A program made the position numbers and the translations under genes. Positions 1 to 14,209 of a DNA stretch of 64,000 bases are shown here, piece by piece; positions within the stretch are counted from its first letter, which is position 1, and each line of letters begins with the position of its first letter. A model generated the notes under the pieces. That model made no database searches. It was not told the origin of the DNA and worked only from the letters and a program-made list of their open reading frames with translations. The DNA comes from Podarcis bocagei (taxonomy: Eukaryota), in the NCBI GenBank assembly GCA_964188305.1, contig OZ076894.1; one strand, written 5' to 3'.

Positions 1-53
1 CCGGGCCTTAGGCTGCCTACCCATGCATTAGTTCAAATTAGTGTTGCTGCAAT

Positions 54-88
<35 letters not shown>

Positions 89-3000
89 AGGGAGGAGCAT
101 AGCAGCCGCAGGATTCTTCCTGGGAGGCTACACATCTGTGCAGTCCTGTTAAGCCACACTTTGTCTTATCATTTTAGGTGAACCAGGCCACTGTATATCT
201 AGTGGCAAAGGGGTAAGGAAGACGAGAGAGAACACGTACATGTGTGTAGTGGGGGCTTGCAACCATGCCACCCAACATCCTGTGTTTGTCTTGTACAGTG
301 GGCGGGTTTTACCTAACCAGACCCGTCAGCGGAAGAAGCCCTGTGCAAGGACTTCCACATGTGCAATGGGTTGCTCCCCCTCTCCCTTCCCCATCAAAAT
401 GGGCTCTGGAAGGCTTGGGAGAACCTCCAGAACAGTGTGCAGGGGGAAGAGGGAGGGATAGTTCCATCTGGCAAAACTGAAATGCTTGTGCAGATGGAAT
501 GATTAAAAGAGTGCGACGCTGACTCTCACCCAGTGGCTGTATTAACAAGTCCTTTTCAAACCTCCTAGCAAGAATAACACAGAAGTCAGGGGCACATGAA
601 GGGTTGGCCACCACCTGAAACATTCATTGTACACGTAATGTGTATCACCATAAAACAGAAGCATTCCTCAAAGAGAAAGTACTGATTATTTGGCTGAGAA
701 AACAGGCTCACACCTAAAGCCCAGAGAAGGCAAAAGAAAGGAGGCAGACATTATTATTTAGACACTTGCTCAAGAGTAATCCTCGCCCCCAAGAACTGTA
801 GCCAAAACTGTAGCCTGAGTCCATGAGGCTTGAACATAGAAATAACTTGCTAGGGGAGTGGCCATTTGGACTGAAACTGCGTCACTTCTCTTTCTCCTTT
901 GCATGAGCACTTTTTTCTATTTTGCCTTTTTTAGATTATAAACCTGTGGGCCAGGCCTGTATTAAGTTTTAATTATGTTCCATACCCAGCTTTGCATGCT
1001 CTGCAATAATGCTATTTGATACTTGGATTCAATTCAGTGCTGTAATAATTATATTATTCACCCACCCACACGCATACACCCAGTGACTTACCTTGTGCTG
1101 ACTGTACAATGAAGCACATGGGTTGCCCAAAGGGTGTCAAAGCACAACTTTTATGTGCGTAAGAGGGCACATTTTCATATGTTTTCCCTCCAAACGTAAG
1201 TGCTTCACTCGAGAACAGACTGGAATTTGGTAAAAGCAAACCATGCAATATTTCCAACACGTATTTTAAATATTGGTCCCTTTTAGTCTCTGCATTGGGT
1301 ATGACTGCAAACTCACATTGTTATTTTCATTTCCTACTTACTCACCAACTACTAGGCATTGGGGGGACAAGCCATGCTATGACAGAAAGCAAACCTTTGA
1401 AAATGGTGTGTGTGTTTAAAAACCTACATGAAATGCACGCCTTTCAAAGAAAAGAACCAAAAACGCTTGGGTAGGCACTGAAGGCAGTGTTATCTTGTTT
1501 TCGGATAACATTTTTTGCCAAGAAAATATTTAAATTGTGTAACAAGCTGCACATCTATATCAACAAATAGTAGCATTTTTAAACTTTTTAGATTTCTATT
1601 CAATGTACAGCCCTTTAAAAGGAGGAGGAGGAGGGGGTGGTGGAAGGGGCAGATTGATGCTATTATTGAGCTGCCCATAAAGAACGTCCTGCTAACACCC
1701 TTTCAGCACATCCCCACATGTACCTAATCTGAACATAAAAGGGTGGGATTAAAACTGCCAAGATAAAAACTGCCTGCAGTTTCAAGCTTCAGTGGTGGTG
1801 GTTTAAATCCTTGGTTACTTGCATCCTTCAAAAATGTGAAATGCTAAGAATTCCCACTCACCTCCAAGTTACAAACAGGATCATACAGATCATCCACACC
1901 TGCAAGCTCACCATGCAGTGCAGGATCTTGAATGTCATCTTAAAAAAACAAATAAATCAAGTTTCTAGCCCTTGAAGATAAAGAAAAATGGAAGGGATAC
2001 AGGCAGTTGCTTCTGAAAGGAAACTAAAACTCTCAAGCAGAGATTCCATTGGGTAAGAGGATATTGTATTTCAGCAGAGATTTTGTACATGCAACTTATA
2101 TTTCCCATATGTGGTAGATTCTGTAGTGTACCAACGAAAGCGTCATACTGTAGCATACAGTCCAAAGCTGATTTGCAACCATGGGCAGGCTTGCTCCAGA
2201 TGTAAAATTGTGTCATGGGAAAGAAGATATGGGAAGAAAAGATAATAATGCATGCAACCCCATTGCCTGATCCCAATCTCTTAACCTTGGTTAAGAGTTT
2301 GTGAATGTTGTATCTGAACAAATCTATAGTAGTTAAACTGAAGCTTGCATTTCTGAAAGTAAACTGATATAAAACAGACACGTTCATACATCAAATTTCA
2401 AAAGAAAAATATTTTCCTTTTAACACCACTTATGGCAAACTATATTATACATAAATGCATAGCCTTGACTCTTTTGCTATTTGCTATTATTCTTATTACA
2501 ATTACTATAGCGCTGATGATTTAATAGCGCTTCCCATCCCCCAAGTAATTTCGTATTATTTTTCTGGCAGTCAAATATTCTTCACAAAAAGAACTAGAAG
2601 ATTAAGAGTAATTAGTGTAACTTTTCTTACTGACAGAAAAGCACTGAAAGGAGAGATCAAGACATATTTCAAGATTCAGCAACTGTTTTTCCAGGTTAGT
2701 AGCATTGAAAATATTTCGCAAGAATGGGAAGTTAGAAAGAAGGACCACAGAAGAATTATATATAGAATGAAGCCCACATAAAGAAGATTCTATTAATTTT
2801 GCTATTGACAAATCTCACAGCAGTTATCACATGGTGGACTTGAGGGTAGAAGAAAGCCATGTTAGATGCCAAACCGGGGAGAAAGAAAATTTATTAAAGG
2901 AGCTCAGGTCGGCATACATAAGAGTTGCCACAGTTTTATTTTCACTAGAAGTTTCTGGGGAAGGTTTGTTCACACAGGATGCTAAGTCGTGGTTTGTTTA

Positions 3001-3223
3001 GCTTCACTGCAATTATTTATATGTCCAAACCAAGCTCACAAAATACAGTTTTGAATATGACCAACAAACCATGGCTTGAAGTTGGCTTACAAATCTGAGC
3101 TTGTCTTAATCATGGTTCCTTTTTAGGTCTGAAATGGTACTCTAATTTGTTTCAGTGTCCCAGTTCAAATGCTCACTGGCTGTACCTGGATGAGTCACAA
3201 AATGTAAGAAAACAAAACCAATA

Positions 3224-3449
3224 CAGTGGTACCTCGGGTTACATATACTTCAGGTTACAGACTCCGCTAACCCAGAAATAGTACCTCAGGTTAAGAACTT
3301 TGCTTCAGGATGAGAACAGAAATCGTGCTCCGGCAGCGCGGTGGCAGCGGGAGGCCCCATTAGCTAAAGTGGTGCTTCAGGTTAAGAACAGTTTCAGGTT
3401 AAGAACACACCTCTGGAACGAATTAAGTTCTTAACCCGAGGCACCACTG
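3224..3449 (+). mobile_element. Tc1/mariner-pogo (Tigger-like) MITE family A
   Basis: TIR CAGTGGTACCTCGGGTTA, TA TSD; five copies in the window. Confidence 0.88.
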
Positions 3450-3604
3450 TATTACAAAAACAACTTGCAGTTACTTTGCTCACCTGCAATGTTGATCCTC
3501 TTTTGTTCAATAGATCGTGATTAAAATAAACCATGGCTTAGTGTTGTGTGCAAACGCGGCCAGTTACTTCTTCACACATAGCATCAAACAACAGTTTAAC
3601 ATTA

Positions 3605-4217
3605 TTTATTAAGAGATTTCTATACCACCCTTCAACAAAAAAGGTCAGAAGCAATTTACCCCAAAAAAGTAATATAAAACATATTAAATGAAAGCGTTAA
3701 AATAATTCTCAGAATTTATATAAATAGCATAATCAAAAACACCCCCAAAAATGACTTAACTGTCAACCACTAAAAGCTGGCAAAAATGGTGTGCTTTTTA
3801 CCCAATATCTGAAAGAATACAGAGTCGGGGCAAGATGCAAGTCAATGGGGGTGCCATTCCAGTGTCACAGATCCAACACCAAAAATGCTCTTCCGCAGGT
3901 CCCTGGACTATACACCTCCTTTAACACAGCAACCACCATGAAAGCCTCTCCCACTGATCAACCAACACAGGTAGGGTGGTACAGAAGAAAGCATTATCTC
4001 ATACATTTGGATCCAGGCCATTCAACATAAGCACCCTGAGCTGGGCCTAGAAGGTAACTGACAACTAGTGCAGATGTTTAGTAACAGGAGTTGTGGTCGA
4101 CTGGCCCACTGCCATTGACACCAACTGCATTCCACACTAGTTGCAACTTTTGGATTAATTTCAAGGGCAGACCCATTTAAAGTGCATTACAGTAGTCCAT
4201 CCTGGAGGTTACTAGAG
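3605..4217 (-). mobile_element. Old L2-clade LINE fragment
   Basis: Minus strand gives LVTSRMDYCNAL.MGLPLKLIQKLQLV and an L2-like 3' end; heavily decayed. Confidence 0.65.
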
Positions 4218-6707
4218 AACATGGTCGAGACCCCTTCATGGACAATCTTTGGATTCACGAGCTCCTTTCTTTTATTCCATTAACCTTCTCCTGCCATTAA
4301 GAATTCAGCACGTTAACAGATGAGGGTGGCAGTAGGGAAGAGCATGCTCGCTCACTCTACCCGCATTGCCATTTCAACCACCTACCAACTTGTAAATGGA
4401 TGAAATAGGGAGCCTTTTCATGTTTTCAAGTTTACTGTTCTTGTTCTGTATATTCTTCGTATCTAAAATAAATAAAGGGTATGTGAATGAACCCCGTGTT
4501 TGTGCTCTGCCTGCCCTCTTTCCTCCCCTCACATATTGTGACTTCGCCTCACTTTTGGTTTAGCGGCAAGCCAACATTCGCCATTACATGGATCCCAAAC
4601 AGTTTCTTGCTTGTGAACATGAAGAATTGTTCATATGACTGGTGCTTCCTTAATTTCATTTCCTATTAATTATGTACCCTGTTTCTCTCTCAAACTGAAG
4701 CCCATGGTGGCTAAACAGCAACACACTGAAAGAAATACAATATGGAAAATAATATGAAAGGTTATTTAAACTTTTTTAAAAATGAAAATCTAGGTCTAAC
4801 AGCAAGTCTGTTACCAGTGTTTTAAAAGAGTATAGCCCCTGTAGACATGGAACTGTTGTTGTGAATCGAATAAATCTTCCAGGAGGACGTGGGCTCCCCT
4901 ATTTGCATATATATTCCCTCCTTGGATCGCAGGCTAAGAGCTTGGTTACCAAATGTGACAAGGCAACAAATTCTCTTTGCATAATCATGGCTCACAAATG
5001 CCCACAGCTCTTTCGAGATAGTCCCATATGAAGAAGTGTCCATGTTTACATAGGATTGCAGCATTTCCAGATATCTTCACAGTTCCTAAAAATTCCACAG
5101 TGATCAGAAGGTGCACTGCAATCCCATATAGAGGTGTGCTTTTAATTCACATATTCTTGCATCCACATTGTTGAAAGCAAGAATCTGAGACTGATACACT
5201 GTCAACAAAAGGTTTGCACGTACAAAACAATCCTTAGTGACCTAATCCAGAAATATAACTGTAATGGATTTTCAGAATAAAGGTGGGCCTATGACATGTG
5301 ACACTCATTCTTTCCTTCCAAAAAAGACTTTTATTGATACTCTCTTAGGAAAAAAAGAGAACAAATCACTACTGTATAATATAAGAAAGGTTACATACTA
5401 AGCAATATTTATGAACACCGTTTGCCTTTTCTTTCAAATACAGGTTTTTACCAGAATAATTAAATAAATGAGCAGTATAACATACAGAGAAAATGTATGT
5501 TATACATTCCATACAATGTTTGGAAGCTAAAGCCAGTTTGACTTGTTTGGGCTGTGTTTTATGCTCTCCAGATCCAGGCCACATTGTCTGTCACCCACTA
5601 CCAATGTGCTGGGAGGGCTACACATAGAACCAACTTCATAAGTACAATTCAACTTCTTCTCTTTTCATTGAACCACTGCCAAACTTGCCTGGAAATAATA
5701 GGGCGCCTTTTTAGGTTTCAACCACATTAAGTCTGGTATCTTTCAATGACTCTAAATTAGGAACTGGAATGTCTTCTTGAAACTCCATAATCTATATGCA
5801 TTTCTGCTACAATAACTCATTACATATTTATATGTTACTTATAAATGCATATATATACACTATGTCATATATGCCCGCAAGCATTGTTGAGGCAAAAAGG
5901 GGGAAAGCCATTGACTTGGTTTTGCATAATTAAGACTCCAATAACTCAGCTAAAGCAAGTTACCAGGTTCTTTGCTGTTGAAGAATAAAAACAATGAAAC
6001 CAAAGCAATTCAGGAGGTTCTATTTAGTACTACATTGAAACTGAATGCAAAATACGGAAAGTGCATGACAAGATCACAAAAAAGTCTTTCTAATGAATGA
6101 ATAGCCCCCCCACACACACACACATTGAAACACTTTCTTAACTATACTATTGCAAATTCATTATTTGTACAGAGGGACAGGAGAGTAGGCAATCCTAGCA
6201 GAGTTCATAAAATGGATTGATACTGCATGCTACAGACACTTAAGACTATGTTGCTGTATCAAGAGAAGTGTACAAGTGTTACTGTTCTGCAAATATTTTG
6301 GTTTTCATATAAATCAACAACATAAATTTTAAAAGCTTAGAGAAAAGTTCAATACATCCATAACATTGTGCTTAGCCTATAGTACAACCTGTTCATACTT
6401 CAATTGACACCAGAGGCTTTCTCAGAATTTCCTCACCATATGGCAGGTAGGCACACTGGGGGAGGGGAGAAACTTTTCAATTGCAGCACCACATCCCAGA
6501 CTACCTGGCCCCCTAGTTGGTGACTAGTTGGTCCGCCATGTTCTGAGAACAGGCATTTTGATATAGCATTGGGCAAGGGCTTGGTAAGGTGATAAAATGT
6601 GCCTCTTGCCCACTTTTATTTTTGGGTGCTTTGTTTTGGCTGATACAGCTTGCATTGTATTTTGATTTGCTGTAATATTTTGCTGACTTCAATGGATTGT
6701 TTTAAAG

Positions 6708-6845
6708 CAGGAGGGGAGAAGCTGCAGCCCTTCAGATGTTCCTGGACCCCAACTTGCATCAGTCCCGGCTAGAATGACCAGTGATTAGGGGTGATGGAAG
6801 TTATACTGCAACATGATTTCAAGGGCCCCAGGCTCCTCATCCCTG
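6708..6845. mobile_element. Old relative of the 138-bp palindromic hAT MITE
   Basis: CAGG...CCTG ends, TSD TTTTAAAG on both sides, same length and internal similarity to 32229-32366. Confidence 0.7.
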
Positions 6846-9800
6846 TTTTAAAGAAAAGCAAGCAGGATATAACAACAACTCACTAACCATGTAAACAAAT
6901 AGGCCTTTGCCATACTATTCTGCCTGATCACCACTCCATACCTGCTCTGAGGAATAGGTTGGCCCAGCTGTGCCTCCTTACAAAATAAAAGGTGGGGGGA
7001 GGTGGGACACTTCTCAAACCAAAGTGGAGGCTATGCAAGACTATCATAAGAAAGCTCATGTTGAGTTCACAGCTTAATAATATCATAACATGATTGAACA
7101 GCAAGAAACAACACTGTAACATGACATCTAATGGGCAGAGAGTTTCACCTATGCAAGTCTTTGGAATTCTTTATCAGATGACAGTTCTGTTTGCACTGTT
7201 CAATTAAATCTACCCCATATATGTAAGCATTAAGAATACTGTATATCACTTCAACAAAGCCTGTAAGTTGTTGGTGAAAAAAGTGAGCATAAATAATATT
7301 TTAAGAACCCCATAAAAAGCAATGTGCATGTGTATCACTGGCAGTGGGGGATGTTATTTCACAGTCATTTCCCATAGTCAATCTTCTTGGAAACCAGAAT
7401 TTTGCTAGAAAAAGTAAGACAGAAACAACAGTTTAGAAAGCAATTCAAAGTGGCAACTTAAAAAGCATTCATCTAATGTACCAAACCAAATGTTTGGCTC
7501 ATGTTTTGACATAAAAACAGTGCCCTCTACTGCACAACTAATGTGCAGCAGTGCCCAGCAAGGGCAATAACATGAAATACCTTTTCAATCAGTGGTAACA
7601 GTCACTGTGCCTAGTTTATACTTTTCAGTGATTAGGCTAATTGAATGTACGAACTGTACAACATTGGCTAAGAAAGTAAGCTAACTAACATTTTCTCCTC
7701 CGAACTAGTACAGTTTATTCTTTCTGGTAGCAACTACATTTTTGTTGATCGCAAATATACAAAAAACAACAACACCAAAACACACCTAAGGAGTAGCATT
7801 GTAGTATTATTGACAGAGAGTTTGGAACTCTGAAATAAAAAGTATATTATACAGCAGAAAAAGCCTAGCTGAGCCATTCATCCACCAGTGAGTCTTTTCT
7901 TATGTTAAATACCAATGAGAGTAATGATAAAGATCTAGTCACAAGACACCCTTTATTACTCAAAAGGAAGTGCATGAATTAATCTGTCCACATTGTCCTA
8001 AACAATCCTCCTCTAAACATAGATGAGGCACCCTAAAGTTATTGCAGTCAAAGACTTGAGATGCAAATCCAAGTTAGCACCAAATAAAACATTAACCTGT
8101 CTTATTTTAAAATTTAACATTTTAAAATGGCAAAAATTTTGTTGTTGATTTAAATGCTCACAACTTGAAAAAGAGTGAAAGGCAGGCAGAAGGAACAAAG
8201 AATCTGAAGAGGATTTATTGATTGTCAGACAGATCCAGGGAGGTCTGCTAACATTGGAACACAAATATTTAATCTGATTCTGAAATCTTATCTGCTGCCT
8301 TTAAGAAGATTAACATATATTCTCTTGCTGCAGACTATGAATTCTGACTGCCTAACAAAGTGGAAGCGCTTTTTTTTTTTTTTTTTTTTGAAGCTATAGG
8401 ACCTGCAAGTATGTAAAATACAATTTTACTCAAAAGCAATTGTGCTAATACAGACAAAGAGGCAAGCATGTTGAGGAAAGATGTATCTTAATAGCTTAGA
8501 ACAGAGCAGTATTCATGTATTCTAACTTCATATGCATTTAGGCTGTACTTACTCTGAATCTAGTCTGGGATACAATGCGTATGCAGAATATTTAAATCGG
8601 GTTGAACTATAGATTAGGAATTATATATTTTGTGTGTGTGTATATATGAAAGAAAGAGATAAATTTACATTCTGAGACTTTAAATTAGCAAATAAAAAGA
8701 ACTCTTAGCTGAATGGTGAAGCAATCCTAAACTGAATTGACAGAAAATAAAGACAGAAGCACTCAATATGCTAAACAACCAAATGCTTGAATAAATGAAA
8801 CTTGTTGCCTCAAAGAGGCCTTTCCAAACCAGTGTGAGAACAGAGACAGGCACGCAGCCAGACTGCCATAGAGTATCAGCTACATCCCACTCCACATCCT
8901 CCATACTGAGGTTTGGGCCAGAAAATCCATTAATTTACAAAAACATTAGGCGTGCTCCTGGCTCTCCACAGCATCCTTCACATTGCCACAAGGGCTTTGT
9001 CTAGACTAGGATTTAAGGGTTGCATTAGCTTATCCTAGCATCTAACTCAATCATTGTAAGTATGTATACATTATTCTGTACATTAGACTCTTTTTAAACT
9101 CTGGCTGTTGCCACCCCCCTAAAAAAGCACATCAACATTTAAAGCCAAGTTAGTCACAGTAACAGCGAAAGAAAGCAGTGGCCCAATTCTAAGAGCCACT
9201 GCAAACATACAGGTCATAGGGAACTTGTGACAAAGGTACAAGCGGTTCCTTGCAGAATGGCCCAGATCCAACTGCAGTGCTGGAACACACCGCTGAAACT
9301 AGAGGCAGCTAAGCCACCTTCCTGAGGGCCACCAAGTGAGCAGCCCAAGAACTGTTGTGTTTGATTTGAAGACTTTAAATGGCAACTGGAATCAAACTGC
9401 ATACAAACGGCTGCCTGTGTTACTTGTAGCCAAAATTCCATGTCAAAACAGGGCTAGGTGTTAATTTATGAGAAAGCTGAACTAAAGAGGTCTTCAAGGT
9501 GCATTATGGGTTAATTAGCAACAGGGGCCTGACATCCATTAGTTGTTGCAATGTACTGGAAGTAACAAACACCCAGCACAATTTTTACAGATCTCACTGT
9601 ATTAAACTTATTTTTTAAAAAAACCTCACTCCACAAATTTGTTGAGAAACATCTTTGTCATCTTTTGGCAACTTTCTGGTTTTTTCACAGCCTGCTGCTA
9701 TCGAATTACAAGTAATAATCCTGGTCCTTTCTTCAAGTTTTAATACATTTGGAAACTGCTTTCTTTAGACCACATCTTGAATTCTCACACATTTGTTAAA

Positions 9801-10072
9801 TGTATGAAAAATCCTGAGCCATTTTGGGCTCTGTATCACTCACTAAAATTGCCCTCAACTTGCAAAAAGGCCTCTCGTCTTCTTTTTAACCCTAATTCTA
9901 ATGTCACCAGCAAAATCAGATTTTGTTTGATCTTTTATTTTATTTTTAATGAAATGTTTGAAGAGGTACTAAAAAGTTAAAGTTTAATAGAAGGGATTTG
10001 TTGAAGTTATCTCATAATTTATTTATTTATTTATTTATTTAAAAAACCACTTCCTGGAAATGTGAATATTTG

Positions 10073-12119
10073 GGGGGGGACTTCCGGGTTGGTGCCTCCG
10101 GCAATGGCGGATTTCCTCTGACCGGGAGGAATCTGCTCCGCTCTGTGGAAATTTGGGTCTGGCCGCCACGGCGAAGGCGAAGACCCGTAAAAATCACAGG
10201 CGGGAGAAGCCTATGAACGTGGGATTCGGCGGGCACCTTTTGTGCCTCCCCTACTTGCGGGGAAACCCAGTTTTGGGGATCTGGAGCGACGTGGGGTGAG
10301 TGGCGTGGTGCTTCGAATCGTCTGCTTCTTCCACGGAGCGAAGCCGCATAGCTGTTGCCGGAGAGCATTGACTTTTTCCTGTGGACAATTTGACTCCAAA
10401 GTAATTACCCGTGAGTAGAGCTGAGACGGGAGAATCGGATTTTAAACATTTAATTTGGCATCGAAACGGGGAGGTTCAAAACAGGAAGTCCGCCTTCCCT
10501 ATTTGTAAACAGACTGAGGCAAGGAGGCTGTAGGCTGAAGTCTTGGAAAGCCTTTTGTAAAAGACTAAATTTCCATTGGTAAAGAGCATAAAACCCCCCT
10601 TGGAGGCAGGAGAAGAGGGGGGGGAGTTGTGGACTGAGTATGCCTGCAGGAGAGAGTGAAGGGAGTTAAAATAACGCCGCTCTGACCCTGGAAATGGGCT
10701 GCCAGTAGGACTGACATTTTGGAATGTCCATTGACAGCACTTAGAATGTTCCTTGACAGCTAGCAAAGTAAGAGAAATACATTGTCTCTATTGTCTCCGG
10801 CTGCTTCTAAAAAGGAGTAAAAAGTAACTGAAATCTGAAACTAACTTTGGATTGTATGAGTTGCGTTTAAAGGGGACATTGTCGACTATTATAAATAGAA
10901 ACTGTTTCCCCCTAGTGGAAGTTTCTGAAATTGGTTACTTTATAAGAGCTGGGCTAGGGGGACTTCCAGCTGCAAGATAAAAACTGTGAGACTCTGAGAT
11001 TCACCTTGAATCTCTCAAGTGTTATGGTAAATGGAAAGGAAAAAACCAGATGAAATGTCGACAGAAGAGGCCTTAGTGGTCGCATTAGTGAAAATAAACG
11101 ATTCGCTGGAACAGCTTCACAGGAAAACAGACAACCTGGGACAAAAGGTGAACACCAACACAGAAACCATCCAGAGATTGATACAGGAATTTACCTTGAC
11201 ACGGCAAACTGCGGATGAAGTCAGGGAGAAAACCCTTGCTGCTGAATGTAAAACAATACAACTGGAGTGTGAGAGAGCCCCATCCATTCAAAGGCAACTC
11301 GATGAACATAAGTTGACATCTGTTATGATAGAACTTAAAGAAAAGCAGATGAATTTGAGGACCAGAGTGGATGGGAGGGATTGTATCAGGAGGTGGCAGA
11401 GGGATGTTTCTGGATTTGTTTGGCAGGGCAGGAAGCCTCGAGTAAAATTTAAGATATTGACGGATGCTAAAGAAGGAGGTGGACCTGCCCTGCCAGACCC
11501 CTAAACTTTGTTGTGAACCATCTGCTTTTTGCTGGCTGAGAGAATGGTTGTCTCTTGGAAGCACTGAAGTGTTGGATAATGGCAGATGAAGTTGATGGAC
11601 TAGATGGAATTGGCGGAAAAGACTGGCAAGATCCGAGACCAGGGAGAAGAGTCGGTGGAAGAAGACTGGGAAAAGTTTAAAGATTATTTATAGAAATATT
11701 GTAAAAATTAATGAACGTTAGAAGAATGTTGGAATGAAGTTATATGGCTTCAGTAGAAATGTTATAAGGAATTAAGTATAAATAGATTAATAGAGTATTA
11801 AAGGAAAATAAGGTTAAAATGTGTTAAGATAATTATAGGATAGAAAATAGGGGAAGATGGAAAGGAATTGCTGAAATAATTAATAGAAGTGGAATACAAG
11901 AAGGGAGGTGTGAGGAGGCCATGGAAATATGTGAAAGAAAGATAAGATATTGGAAGTTTCCCCCCCCCCCTTCTCTTTTGATGTGTTTTTTAATTGTTTT
12001 TGTTTTGTTTTGTTAATTTTTATGTAGTGTTTTTGTATTGTAATGTACTGTTTTTTCTTTGTTTTTTCTGCAAGTGTTTAAATTGTTGTAAAAGGAATAA
12101 ATATTATTATTAAAAAAAA
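10073..12119 (+). mobile_element. Internally deleted, non-autonomous L1-clade retrotransposon with both ends intact
   Basis: 16-bp TSD GAAATGTGAATATTTG (10057-10072, 12120-12135); G-run and CpG-rich 5'UTR; ORF1-like coiled coil; ORF2-like pieces FVWQGRKPRVKFKILTDAKEGGGPALPD and WQMKLMD*MELAEKTGKIRDQ..EEDWEKFKDYL; AATAAA and A tail. Confidence 0.85.
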
Positions 12120-12580
12120 GAAATGTGAATATTTGAAGAAAAACAATAGAACATATCTAATTGTGTACTTCTTACTGCAGTTGAGTCTTCTGTGACTGAA
12201 AGGGGGGGGGTAGAGGAGTTTTAAAAATTCTCCCTTTCCTCAGCAGTCACACTCTTCCAAAGGCTGCCCATTCCTCTGGAGATCGTGGCGAGCTCAGAGA
12301 ATTGCAGAGGGAAGGTAGTTAGGTTAACCAGCCTAAATATATTCTTCTGGTTCTTCTCTATACCAAGATGTTCTGGTAGCATGGAAGACACGGCATTCAA
12401 GCACTCCTTGTTAGCTACATACTGTCTCAAGTTACTGGAGAAAAGTTGGAGAGGGCTACTGCAGTCATGGTCCTGCTTGTTAGAACATTCCTATAGGCAT
12501 ATAGTTGGGCAGTGTAGGAAAAAGGTTACTGGATCTTAAAGGCCTACAGTCTGATCCAATATGGCTGTTCCAATGCACTG

Positions 12581-12951
12581 TAGGACTGGGCACTATCTGG
12601 TTTTCAACATCATGATACATCACCAGCTAAACATCGTGATATATTGATATATCACGATGTCTAAAATAAGGATGGAGATATGTAGAGGCTTTGGCTAGCT
12701 TCACATTTCCCCCCACATTGGGATTTTGACATAGCACACACACATCATGATTTGCAATATATTTCCAGGTCAAAAATGATGAAACCAATACAATGATATG
12801 GACTTGAAACTAGTTTTGGACGATATATCGCCTAGCCCTAACACACATCATGATTTGCGATATATTACCAGGTCAAAAACTATGAAACCAATATTCCGAT
12901 ATGGACTTCAAACCAGTTTTGGACTATATATTGCTATACCACCCAGCCCTA
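12581..12951. mobile_element. hAT-type MITE with duplicated right end, inserted in an L2 fragment
   Basis: TIR TAGGACTGGG / CCCAGCCCTA; 8-bp TSD ATGCACTG (12573-12580, 12952-12959); flanks read NALYMGLPLK of L2. Confidence 0.75.
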
Positions 12952-14209
12952 ATGCACTGTATATGGGGCTGCCTTTGAAGACTATGGTACTTGAAAATTT
13001 CAGTTGGTACAAAACGTGTCAGTCAGATTGTTCTTGAGCCCAGCTCTAACCTAACAGCAGCCCTGCATTCTCTCAACATGCATGAACTCTGCCCCAAATC
13101 TGATGCCATTTGGACCTTGCAACAAATCACTCCTCACAATACAACCCACTGCTTTTGCCTTTAGATATTGTCCTATCCTGACCAATTCCTAATCCTGTAT
13201 TCAACTCTGATCCATACTTGAGATAAAACATAAAGATATACATATAATTACATATTACTGTACCTCTGTCTCTTGTCAACCCACAGTATAGTTTTGGTCC
13301 ATGACTGTAAACGCCTTGGAAAATTCTAACAGAACTCATTAGTGAGGGGTGGGGAGTATATAAAACACTACTCTGCTCATATTTCAGCTTTCACTAGTAA
13401 CCACTTGACCTCAGAGAATCTAAGAAGACGAACGGCAAAAGGAAACCACTATACAAACCTGAAACTAAAACAGACAGAAGAGGGAAAGAGGATGTAATAT
13501 ATGCCAAAAAGAAAACATGGCCAAACAAAAGCTTTAAATCCAGCCAGTAAAGAATGTTTTTTTAAGTGGCTTTTACAATACTCCAGTTCGGCAATGTTTA
13601 CATAGGAAAGTTCTTGAAAAGGGGAAACTGTCAAATATCATTAGATTGGTAAAATTATACATCTCAAGTTTACTGCCGCAACCCTCATTTTTCCATACTT
13701 CTTGCCAATTTTTGGCTTTTAAGACTTCACCGCATCTTCCGAGAATCTATTCTGAATTAAAATATATACTTTGTACAGAAATATCTGAACTCTAAGCTAA
13801 ATAGGAAAAGGAAAAGACAAGAAAATGATGAGTTCTGTAGACAAGCATTGTAAGAAAAAGCTGAGCATCCTTTAATGAATGAGCCAGATGTCCCAGCACT
13901 CCGGTCCTAACTCAATTTAAGGGCAGCCTGAAAATTTGCTAAATAAATTTTACTTTAAAAGAAACAGTGTTTGAATGATTGAGTTTTAGATTTAAATATT
14001 TAGATTTTGATTAGATCCTTATGCTGCCCTTTAAGATTACAGCTGTACTAGATATTGAGTTCCATCTTAGCTCATGAATAGGGAAATGAAAACAGCCAAA
14101 CACAAGTCAGACCATTTTTCCATCTGCTCCAGTTGCAAAGCATATTTTGGCCAGTAAGTTACAGTACCTTCCATCCCATAATTATCTACTCTTGACTGGC
14201 AGTGGCCTT

